This document shows positions 19,919-28,128 of a stretch of 64,000 bases of DNA, piece after piece. The DNA is from an uncultured Gammaproteobacteria bacterium (lineage in GTDB: Bacteria > Patescibacteriota > Patescibacteriia > Magasanikbacterales > GWA2-37-8): the NCBI GenBank assembly GCA_964439885.1, contig CAYTPE010000001.1, positions 9,031-73,030 on the forward strand. The letters run 5' to 3'. The position numbers and the translations under genes were made by a program. Each line of letters opens with the position of its first letter. Within the stretch, counting starts at the first letter, position 1. Below the pieces are notes generated by a model, which saw only the letters and a list, made by a program, of their open reading frames with translations, made no database searches and had not been told where the DNA came from.

Positions 19919-20773
19919 ATGGATCTTTCCATCATCACTGTTACCTGGAACTCCGCCAAGCTTATCGACGAGCAGATCCGTTCTGTTGATACAGGCTGCA
20001 AAGCAATTTCTCATGAACAATACGTGGTAGACAACGCCTCTCCCGATGGAACGGCCGATTTGGTGAAACGAATATTTCCAAACGTCACCGTTATCGCCAA
20101 TACCGACAATAAAGGTTTTAGCGCGGCTAATAACCAAGGCGCTCGTTTGGCAACAGGAAAATATATTCTTCTGCTCAACCCCGATATGCGCGTCTCTCCG
20201 GGGAGTTTGGATGTGATGTACCAATGGATGGAAAAGCACCCAGATGTCGGGCTCGCCAGTTGCAAACTCGTGGATGAACACGGTAATCTCAATAGTGAAG
20301 CGCAACCAAGGCGCTTTCCTCGGTTATTCGATCAGCTCGCCATTATTTTGAAGTTGCCACATTTTTTCCCCACAGTTCTCGATCGGTACTTATGGAAAGG
20401 ATTCGACGCGGATAAAGAACAAGAAGTTGATTCCGTGCGCGGATCATTTATGATAATGCGCCGTGAAGTGTATGAAAAACTCGGCTGGGCGTTCGATCCA
20501 CGCTATTTTATTTGGTTCGAAGACGTGGATACCTGTCGCGAAGTGCACCGACTGGGTTACAAGGTGGTGCACACGCCGGTAATCTCATGCGTGGATTATA
20601 TTGGTCAGAGTTTCAAGCAGCGCACCACGCTGTGGAAGCAAAAAGAATTCACCAAAAGCATGCTCACGTATTTTCAAAAATGGGAGCCATGGTATGTGTG
20701 GATGTGGATCGCCCTTTTTCGACCAGTGGGTATTGCCTTGGCTTGGATTAACGACCGATTTAGTAAATCATAA
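19919..20773 (+). CDS. family-2 glycosyltransferase
   Basis: LSIITVTWNSAKLI...VVDNASPDGTADLV: GT-A N-terminal pattern with a DxD-type motif. Confidence 0.75.
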   Translation: MDLSIITVTWNSAKLIDEQIRSVDTGCKAISHEQYVVDNASPDGTADLVKRIFPNVTVIANTDNKGFSAANNQGARLATGKYILLLNPDMRVSPGSLDVMYQWMEKHPDVGLASCKLVDEHGNLNSEAQPRRFPRLFDQLAIILKLPHFFPTVLDRYLWKGFDADKEQEVDSVRGSFMIMRREVYEKLGWAFDPRYFIWFEDVDTCREVHRLGYKVVHTPVISCVDYIGQSFKQRTTLWKQKEFTKSMLTYFQKWEPWYVWMWIALFRPVGIALAWINDRFSKS

Positions 20774-20794
20774 CTTTATTTCCCAATTCGTCGT

Positions 20795-21238
20795 ATGGAA
20801 AGTAAAAAAATAAAATGGTTGAGATACGTCACACTATTTTTTCTAGGATTCTCTCTATTGTCGGCGGCCACTACCAAGTTTGTTAAATGGACGAGCCTCA
20901 GTGATTATTGGATCGCAGAGGGGCAAGAGTTGGTGTGCGCTACACCGGACATAGTTGCAAGGCAAGAGTCTCCCAAGACGCAATATATAGCCGGCTGGAC
21001 ATCGATCAAATGTCCCACCTCATCGTGGTATCTACCGCTGTCGTTGAGTACGTTTATACTGTGTGCGCTATCACTTTTTTTGGCGTACATATACTTGGTA
21101 TTGAGAATATACCAGCGTTTGGTGGCTACTCAAAAGACATGGATACGTGTGATATATGATACGTTTATGATCTGCTTGTTCCCTGTAGTCATGATAATGT
21201 TTTCAATTTTTTCTTTCATCTATTATTTTAGTGGTTGA
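20795..21238 (+). CDS. hypothetical membrane protein
   Basis: 147 aa, 3-4 transmembrane segments, embedded in the glycosyltransferase cluster. Confidence 0.45.
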   Translation: MESKKIKWLRYVTLFFLGFSLLSAATTKFVKWTSLSDYWIAEGQELVCATPDIVARQESPKTQYIAGWTSIKCPTSSWYLPLSLSTFILCALSLFLAYIYLVLRIYQRLVATQKTWIRVIYDTFMICLFPVVMIMFSIFSFIYYFSG

Positions 21239-22365
21239 TTATGGCGAAGCTCTCTGTCCATCTCGTCTCCTGGAACGGTGCCAAATATATCCCATATCTT
21301 TTTGACTCTTTGCGCAAGCAAACCTACACAGACTGGGAATTATTTGTCGTCGACAACGCGTCGACTGACGAGACAGTTGCTTTGATTCAGAAAGAGCTTG
21401 TCAATTTTCCTTTTGCTTCGCGTGTTACAGTAAACACCACGAATACTGGTTTTGCGGGAGGGCACAACCAAGCGTTCAAAGCTGCGAGCGCTGAGTATTT
21501 TTTGTTACTCAATCAAGACATGTACCTCATGCCCGATTGTTTGGAGAAGATGGTACAGTTTCTCGATGAACATTCTGATGTGGCCGCTGTTTCGCCACGC
21601 CTGATGTGTTGGGCCTTTAGCGAGGATTTAAACGAATTTAAGGTTGATTCAGACAGATTTAGACAGAGTCTTACGCATCAGATTGACGCGCTGGGACTCA
21701 AAATTTTCCGCAATCGGCGAGTGGTGGAGCAGCATACGCGAGAAGAGTGGAGCGCATTTGTCATCCCCGACCATGATCGGGGATCTATCGCAAACGAACC
21801 GCAGAACGTGGATTCCCGTTTGCACGGGAATGACAGTGTCATAGTACTTGAAGTGTTTGGCGTTTCCGGTGCCTTCCCTATGTTGCGCCGTTCCATTATT
21901 AACGAAATTGTCTTTTCCGATGGAACGTTTCTGGATGAATCGTATCATTCGTACAAAGAAGATATGGACCTCGCGTATCGACTGGCTGCTCATGGAACAC
22001 GATCGTACATACTCAGCGATACGGTGGCGTACCACGATCGATCGGGAGCCGGCCCCAAGGAACTTTCCGACTGGGCAGCCGCCAAAAATAAATCCACCCA
22101 ATCGAGTTGGGTGCGCTACCATAGCTACAAAAATCATCTGATGACACTGTACAAAAACGAATACTGGCAGAACGCACTACTTGATGCGCCGTGGATATTG
22201 TGGTATGAAATTAAGAAGTTTGTTTATTTTCTACTGTTTGAACCGCGCGTGCTGAGGGGGTTAGGTGAGGTGTGGAAAATGCGTAAAGATTTGAAGATTA
22301 AAAGATTGAAGATTAAAGAATTAAGAAAGGTTGGTTGGCGGGAAATGAGAAAGTGGTGGCGGTGA
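21235..22365 (+). CDS. family-2 glycosyltransferase (contains an in-frame copy of a 29-nt repeat)
   Basis: LSVHLVSWNGAKYIPYL...FVVDNASTDETV GT2 N-terminus. Nucleotides 21808-21836 are identical to an intergenic MITE-like element at 30594-30622. Confidence 0.75.
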   Translation: MIMAKLSVHLVSWNGAKYIPYLFDSLRKQTYTDWELFVVDNASTDETVALIQKELVNFPFASRVTVNTTNTGFAGGHNQAFKAASAEYFLLLNQDMYLMPDCLEKMVQFLDEHSDVAAVSPRLMCWAFSEDLNEFKVDSDRFRQSLTHQIDALGLKIFRNRRVVEQHTREEWSAFVIPDHDRGSIANEPQNVDSRLHGNDSVIVLEVFGVSGAFPMLRRSIINEIVFSDGTFLDESYHSYKEDMDLAYRLAAHGTRSYILSDTVAYHDRSGAGPKELSDWAAAKNKSTQSSWVRYHSYKNHLMTLYKNEYWQNALLDAPWILWYEIKKFVYFLLFEPRVLRGLGEVWKMRKDLKIKRLKIKELRKVGWREMRKWWR

Positions 22366-22519
22366 GGTGGGGAGTGTAGTATTTTGTATCTCATATCTCA
22401 CAACTGATAACTCATAACACGATTGGAAATCTCAAGTGTGCAAGGTATGTTTTGAAAAGATTCAAAAGCATGAGTTTGAGATTACGGGTTACGAGTTGTG
22501 ATGTGCATGTTTTACTCGT

Positions 22520-23365
22520 ATGTTCGATATCAATATCGTTTTCGTCAATTTTAAGTGCAAGGAGGACATTTTTAGTGCTATCGAATCGGTGCGTGAGGAT
22601 GTTTTGGATTCACCGTATCGCGTGCAGATAACCGTTGCTGATAACAGTAGTAATAGCGATGGCATTAAGGAAGATTTAGCACAGGAGTTTCCCACCGTGA
22701 CATACGTTAATTCGGGGGGCAATGTTGGCTTTGGTAAGGGTAACACCGTCGGCTTCAAAGCTAATCCGGCTCGTTATTATTTCGCGCTCAACCCCGATAC
22801 CATTATTCCAAAAAATTCACGCACGATCGAACGCATTATCCGTTTTATGGACGATCACCCTGCTATCGGATGCATAGGGCCGAAGCTCGTGAACCCGGAC
22901 GGCACGCTCCAGTACTCCTGCTATCGCTTCGACCTGCCATCAATACTCATTAAACCACTCAAACAAATCAATTGGGATAAAAAATACGCCTGGGTCAGAC
23001 GATATTCCGATCGATTGATCATGAAAGACTTCGACCACAATTCCACTCTTCCAGTAGACTGGGTGCTTGGAGCCGCGATGGTGGTACGAGCTACCACGGT
23101 TGATCAGGTTGGTTGGTTCGATGAGCGCTATTTTCTGTATATGGAAGACTGTGACTGGTGTCACACTATGTGGGAACATGGCTGGCCAGTCTACTATGTC
23201 CATGATATACTGATTCAGCATCGTCACGCTCGCGACTCTGCGAAGGTGCCCGGTATAATAAACGCCTTGTTCAAAAATAAACTTGCCCGTTTCCATGGCA
23301 AAAGCTGGCTACAGTACGTATGGAAATGGCGACAGAATCACCGCTATTATGCCCACATTGCCTAA
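22520..23365 (+). CDS. family-2 glycosyltransferase
   Basis: FDINIVFVNFKCKEDI...VADNSSNSDG; GT-A pattern. Confidence 0.7.
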   Translation: MFDINIVFVNFKCKEDIFSAIESVREDVLDSPYRVQITVADNSSNSDGIKEDLAQEFPTVTYVNSGGNVGFGKGNTVGFKANPARYYFALNPDTIIPKNSRTIERIIRFMDDHPAIGCIGPKLVNPDGTLQYSCYRFDLPSILIKPLKQINWDKKYAWVRRYSDRLIMKDFDHNSTLPVDWVLGAAMVVRATTVDQVGWFDERYFLYMEDCDWCHTMWEHGWPVYYVHDILIQHRHARDSAKVPGIINALFKNKLARFHGKSWLQYVWKWRQNHRYYAHIA

Positions 23366-24446
23366 AGTTGGCATTGTCTATCTCTCGTACAATTCCGAAG
23401 TATATTTGGATGATTTAGTGTCTTCACTGAAAAAAATGTCATATCCCAAGGATCGCGTTGAGCTTATTATTGTCGATAATCCCCATCCCACCTTTGGTCC
23501 GTCAGTTCGTTCAATAGAAGAAATTGTGATGCCGCTCGCGGGTACCGTATTACCGCACGTGACACTTTTGCCGCAGGAAAAAAATTTAGGTTTTTCTGGT
23601 GGCAACAATATCGGCATACAGTCCGCGCTCGATATGGGGTGTGACTATGTATTTTTACACAATAACGATGGTTTTGGCGACGTGAATTGTGTGATGAAGA
23701 TTGTTGAGGCGATGGAAGTGGACAAGACAATCGGCGCCGCGCAATCGCTCGTACTTTTATATCCTGAAACCGATTTAGTTAATAGCTCAGGCAATTCACT
23801 GCAATATCTTGGCGTGGGTTATTGCAATAATTTTCGCATACCGCGCGCTAACCTCACATTAGCGCCGGTCACGGAAACCAATTACGCAAGCGGCGCGGCC
23901 ATTATGATGCGCGCCGATGTGATCAAAAAATGCGGACTCTGGGATGAAGATTATTTCATGTATCATGAAGATGTTGAATACTCGTGGCGTTTGCGTATAG
24001 CCGGTTATCGCATTGTAGTGGTTCGCGATTCGTTATTTTTCCATAAATATAGTTTTGGTCGAAATAAAATTAAATTTTATTGTATCGAACGCAACCGCTT
24101 GGGTTTTTTGCTCAGTTTTTTTCGATGGCCAACACTCATACTTATGTTACCAATGGCAATTGTGTGGGAGCTCGGTGTTTTGGTGTTCGCGGCGCAGGGT
24201 GGATGGCTCAAAGAAAAGCTGGCGACGTATGTGTATTGGCTAAAGATACGTACTTGGAAACTCTGGCTGGGCAAGCGAGCGCGGCTGCAGAAAATGCGAG
24301 TCGTGCCCGACAGACGTTTGCTCGCTGCCACGGTCAACACCGTTCATTTTATGGAAAAAAGCATCAATGTACCGCTCTTGCGCTATGTTGCCAACCCACT
24401 TTTAACAATGTATGGCACTATTCTTAAGGCGATTGTGTTTTGGTAA
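23349..24446 (+). CDS. family-2 glycosyltransferase with C-terminal membrane segments
   Basis: Start taken at ATG 23349 (MPTLPKVGIVYLSYNSEVY...IVDNPHP). DxD-type HNNDGFGD, and a C-terminal hydrophobic region. Confidence 0.7.
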   Translation: MPTLPKVGIVYLSYNSEVYLDDLVSSLKKMSYPKDRVELIIVDNPHPTFGPSVRSIEEIVMPLAGTVLPHVTLLPQEKNLGFSGGNNIGIQSALDMGCDYVFLHNNDGFGDVNCVMKIVEAMEVDKTIGAAQSLVLLYPETDLVNSSGNSLQYLGVGYCNNFRIPRANLTLAPVTETNYASGAAIMMRADVIKKCGLWDEDYFMYHEDVEYSWRLRIAGYRIVVVRDSLFFHKYSFGRNKIKFYCIERNRLGFLLSFFRWPTLILMLPMAIVWELGVLVFAAQGGWLKEKLATYVYWLKIRTWKLWLGKRARLQKMRVVPDRRLLAATVNTVHFMEKSINVPLLRYVANPLLTMYGTILKAIVFW

Positions 24447-24499
24447 TTTTTCACAATGCGAATCAACGAATTTCATGCGAATCTACAAAAGTGCAAATT

Positions 24500-25585
24500 A
24501 TGAAAATCCGTAAAGCTATTCTCACCGGAGGTGGTCGAGCCACACGGCTTCGACCAATTACCACCACCATCAACAAACATCTGATACCGCTGGCCAATAA
24601 GCCGATGATTTTTTACGCGATCGAAAAGGCTATAGAAGCAGGCGTGGAAGAAATATTCATCAATGTGAACTCTGACGAAACGCAGTTGCAACAGTACGTA
24701 GGCGACGGTGGGCATTGGGGTATTAAAATTCAGTTCTTTGTTCAAGAAGGCGGCCCGCTGGGCATCGCCCATGTTGTCAAGTGCGCTCAAAAATTTATCG
24801 GGGACGACCCGTTCATGTTCTATCTCTCCGACAACATCATTTTAGGAAGTTTAAAACCGCTGTTTGAACAATTCGAAAAAAGCGGCGACGATTGTCAGCT
24901 CGCTTTTGCCAAAGTGCCTGATCCTGAGCGGTTTGGCGTGCCGCGGTTCGATGAATCCGGCAAGCTCGTGGAGATGCTCGAAAAACCAAGCAACCCACCG
25001 AACAACTTCGCCCAAACTGGTATTTATCTGTATGGGCCGAAAGTATTTTACCAAGCTTTCGACAACATCAAAAAAAGCGCCCGAGGGGAATACGAGATTT
25101 CGGATATACATACCTATTTTTTGAGAAATGACTATGCTGTGTCGTGGCGCGAGGTTACCGGATGGTGGAAGGATACCGGCTTGCCGATCGATCTGATTCT
25201 GGCCAACCAATCCATACTTGACGAAATGCCTGCCGACAAATTTAGCATTCAAGCAAGTGTCGGCTCAGCCCAGATTGAAGGAAAGGTAACAATTGGAAGT
25301 GGTACCACGATCGGGCAGAATGTAGTGATTAAAGGGCCAGTGATGGTGGCCGAAAATTGCACGCTTGAAAATTGTGTAATCGGGCCACACGTGACTATTG
25401 GCAGCGGCACCACGGTAAGCGGGGGGGCTGTTATCAAGAATTCTATTATTTTTTCTAACGCGACGATTCGATATCCTCGTGGTATTGCTGACAGTATTAT
25501 TGGTGACAGGGCCATACTTGAAACAAAACGTTTTGACGAGTTTGAACGAGTTATTTTGGGCGATCATACTCTTATTGAGGTGTAA
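24500..25585 (+). CDS. sugar-1-phosphate nucleotidyltransferase (RmlA-like, long form with C-terminal left-handed beta-helix)
   Basis: Start taken at ATG 24500 (MKIRKAILTGGGRATRLRPITTTINKHLIP: G-x-G-x-R-L motif). C-terminal hexapeptide-repeat region (IGSGTTIGQNVVIKGPVMV...). Confidence 0.8.
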   Translation: MKIRKAILTGGGRATRLRPITTTINKHLIPLANKPMIFYAIEKAIEAGVEEIFINVNSDETQLQQYVGDGGHWGIKIQFFVQEGGPLGIAHVVKCAQKFIGDDPFMFYLSDNIILGSLKPLFEQFEKSGDDCQLAFAKVPDPERFGVPRFDESGKLVEMLEKPSNPPNNFAQTGIYLYGPKVFYQAFDNIKKSARGEYEISDIHTYFLRNDYAVSWREVTGWWKDTGLPIDLILANQSILDEMPADKFSIQASVGSAQIEGKVTIGSGTTIGQNVVIKGPVMVAENCTLENCVIGPHVTIGSGTTVSGGAVIKNSIIFSNATIRYPRGIADSIIGDRAILETKRFDEFERVILGDHTLIEV

Positions 25586-25603
25586 AGTCAATGAACAATT
25601 AAT

Positions 25604-25639
25604 CACCGCCGCGAGGTGGGATCCCACCTCGCGGCGGTG
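25604..25639. repeat. perfect 36-nt palindrome (CACCGCCGCGAGGTGGGATCCCACCTCGCGGCGGTG) downstream of the nucleotidyltransferase gene
   Basis: Exact dyad symmetry centred on GGATCC, with no flanking T-tract. Could be an operator or a T-tract-less terminator hairpin. Confidence 0.5.
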
Positions 25640-25673
25640 GCAATAAATAATTAGCAATAAATGCTCCTACTGT

Positions 25674-26597
25674 ATGTTTAGTACATTTGTCGTTATTTTG
25701 GGTCTATGTTTATTTGAAATAATTTCGAGCATCGACAACGCGGTAGTCAACGCCCACGTACTCAAAACCATGCCCGAAAAATACCGCAAAATTTTTATGT
25801 TTTGGGGCATACTTTTTGCCGTATTTATCGTGCGCGGTATACTGCCGTTTATTATCGTTTGGATCGCTAACCCAGGTCTCTCTTTTCATGAATCGCTTTC
25901 GTTTTTGTTTACGAACGATCCGCATATCTTGGCCTATGTGGAACGGTCGAAACCGTTTTTGCTTTTGGGTGGTGGTGTGTATTTATTTTTTGTATTTTTA
26001 TCATGGCTCTTTTTGGAAGAAAAGAAGTACGCCTTTCTTGTGGAGTCGTTTATTCACCGCCAAGGGTTTTGGTTTTACGCGATATCATCGCTGTGTTTAA
26101 CACTGTTCACGTATTACGCTCTGCGTATTAATCCTTTTTTGGCTTTGTCGGCAGCGATTGGTGCTTCGGCGTTTTTTATAACTGATGGATTCAAGAAGAA
26201 CGCTGAAGAAAAAGAAAAAAGTTTAGCCAGCGCGCATATGAGTGCGTGGAGCAAAATCCTGTATCTCGAAATTTTAGACGCCTCATTCTCACTCGATGGT
26301 GTCATTGGTGCTTTCGCGTTCACCGTGTCGGTGCCGCTTATTATTATCGGTAACGGCATTGGCGCGTTTGTGGTGCGCGAACTCACGGTACGCGGTATGA
26401 ATCTCATTTCTAAATTCGCGTATCTTAAAAACGGCGCTATGTATTCCATTGGTATGCTTGGTGCGCTTATGATACTCGAGAGCTATGGCCATGAGATGCC
26501 TTTTTGGATAGCACCACTCAATACCGCGATACTTTTGGTCGTATTTTTATCTTTGTCACGTCGCGAGATTAAACTCGCAGAGCGTAAACGCGCATAA
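25674..26597 (+). CDS. TerC/DUF475-like integral membrane protein
   Basis: 307 aa, polytopic. N-terminal ISSIDNAVVNAHVL and a later LDASFSLDGVIGAF resemble the paired SxDN motifs of the TerC/DUF475 family. Confidence 0.5.
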   Translation: MFSTFVVILGLCLFEIISSIDNAVVNAHVLKTMPEKYRKIFMFWGILFAVFIVRGILPFIIVWIANPGLSFHESLSFLFTNDPHILAYVERSKPFLLLGGGVYLFFVFLSWLFLEEKKYAFLVESFIHRQGFWFYAISSLCLTLFTYYALRINPFLALSAAIGASAFFITDGFKKNAEEKEKSLASAHMSAWSKILYLEILDASFSLDGVIGAFAFTVSVPLIIIGNGIGAFVVRELTVRGMNLISKFAYLKNGAMYSIGMLGALMILESYGHEMPFWIAPLNTAILLVVFLSLSRREIKLAERKRA

Positions 26598-27415
26598 TGC
26601 GTATGCTACAAGCGAAACAACCTCGTATTGGATTGGCTCTTGGAAGCGGTGGTTCACGCGGCTTGGCACATGTGGGAGTTATCAAGGTCCTCAGTGACGC
26701 GGGGTATCGCATCAGCGCTATTGCCGGTTCGAGCGCGGGAGCGCTGGCAGGAGCTTTATACGCGCGCGACACCGACATTGAACGCCTTGAAAAAGCCATG
26801 ACCTCTACCACGTGGAAGGATGTGATGAAGGTGCTTTTTGATTTTTCGCTGCGCGGTGGAGTGGTAAAAGGCAGACGATTGGCCGAATTCGTAAAGCACG
26901 AGCTCGGCTCACGATCGTTTTCTGACCTCGTAGTACCATTTGCGGCTGTGGCAACTGAGCTTAAGACTGGCCGTAAGACTATTTTTACCGATGGAAAAGT
27001 AGGTACGGCTGTGATGGCCAGTATGGCCGTCCCGTTTGTGTTTCCACCTGTTACTATTGGACGCACGCTCTATGTGGATGGCGGTGTGGTGGAACCAGTG
27101 CCGGTACAAGCAGTACGCATGCTGGGTTGTGATGTTGTTATTGCCGTTAATCTGGATGGCAAGGAACTTGTTCGCTTTACCGGCTCGACCTCCAAGCCGT
27201 TTGACGTGATGAATCAAACACTCAATATTTTTCGTCATAACGTCGCGCGTTTGAATGTGATGCACGCGGATGTGGTGCTCGAGCCAAATACCGGTGTCAA
27301 AGGTATTATTGGTTGGGAAGGATTTTTGAACGGTCAACGCATCGTGAGAAGTGGTGAACGTGCGATGCGCGCAGCGCTACCCGAACTCAAACGCATACTT
27401 GAAAATTGGCAATAA
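26597..27415 (+). CDS. patatin-like phospholipase
   Basis: Glycine-rich oxyanion loop GSGGSRGLAHVG, nucleophile elbow GSSAG (GxSxG) and the catalytic Asp motif VDGGVVEPVP. Confidence 0.8.
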   Translation: MRMLQAKQPRIGLALGSGGSRGLAHVGVIKVLSDAGYRISAIAGSSAGALAGALYARDTDIERLEKAMTSTTWKDVMKVLFDFSLRGGVVKGRRLAEFVKHELGSRSFSDLVVPFAAVATELKTGRKTIFTDGKVGTAVMASMAVPFVFPPVTIGRTLYVDGGVVEPVPVQAVRMLGCDVVIAVNLDGKELVRFTGSTSKPFDVMNQTLNIFRHNVARLNVMHADVVLEPNTGVKGIIGWEGFLNGQRIVRSGERAMRAALPELKRILENWQ

Positions 27416-27444
27416 AAAAACAGCCCACGCAGGCTGTTTTTTTT
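27414..27444. terminator. bidirectional rho-independent terminator
   Basis: AAAAAAACAGCCCACGCAGGCTGTTTTTTTT between the convergent patatin (+) and secreted-protein (-) genes. Confidence 0.6.
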
Positions 27445-27452
27445 GAACGACT

Positions 27453-28025
27453 TTAGTGTTGTACCGGAACCACAGGAGCGGTAGCTGATTTATTTGCGCT
27501 CAGAGTCGCGTCGCGTGTTGCTTTGGCGGCGGCCACTGCAGCATCATATACCTTTTTGGCAGCAACCTTCGCGTCACTGAACGTTTTTTGAGCGGCTTCT
27601 TTTGCTGATTGATATGCTGTGCGAGCCGCAGTTTTTTGATCAGTGGTAGAAGCTGCTTTCATGCTTGTTTCGAAAGTGGCGCGCGTCGATTTGAGAGCGG
27701 CGAGGTAGGTTTCACGCGCGGTTTTAACGCTGGCCTCGCGAGTTTGTGCGGCTGCTTTTACGGCTTCACGATAGGCTTTGCGAGCAGCTTCATTGGCCTG
27801 GATTTTGGCTTTGGCAGCAGCTATTTTTGCCTGGCGAGCTTCTTCGGCAGCCTTACGATCGGCAGCTAATTTTTCTTTTGCAGCCTTTACCGCTTCGCGG
27901 TCGGTCTGCACGGTGGTTTTGGTGGTGGCAGTTTTCTCGGGAGAGGTGTTGGTTTCTGCAAAAGCAGGAGCCAGCACACTGAGCGCCATTACTGCAGAAA
28001 CGGCCAAGGTAACAAATTTTTTCAT
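27453..28025 (-). CDS. secreted Ala/Lys-rich alpha-helical repeat protein
   Basis: Start taken at the internal ATG (MKKFVTLAVSAVMALSVLAPAFA signal peptide). The mature part is low-complexity AKEKLAADRKAAEEARQAKIAAAKAKIQ...-type amphipathic repeats. Confidence 0.5.
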   Translation of the reverse strand: MKKFVTLAVSAVMALSVLAPAFAETNTSPEKTATTKTTVQTDREAVKAAKEKLAADRKAAEEARQAKIAAAKAKIQANEAARKAYREAVKAAAQTREASVKTARETYLAALKSTRATFETSMKAASTTDQKTAARTAYQSAKEAAQKTFSDAKVAAKKVYDAAVAAAKATRDATLSANKSATAPVVPVQH

Positions 28026-28128
28026 AGTGTAAAAAATTAAGATGTGTATATACTTCGACCTTTGGCGATTGATATAGTAAGTATACCCATGTACTGTCAA
28101 AAAGTTACAGTGGGTTATTGTATTTATT

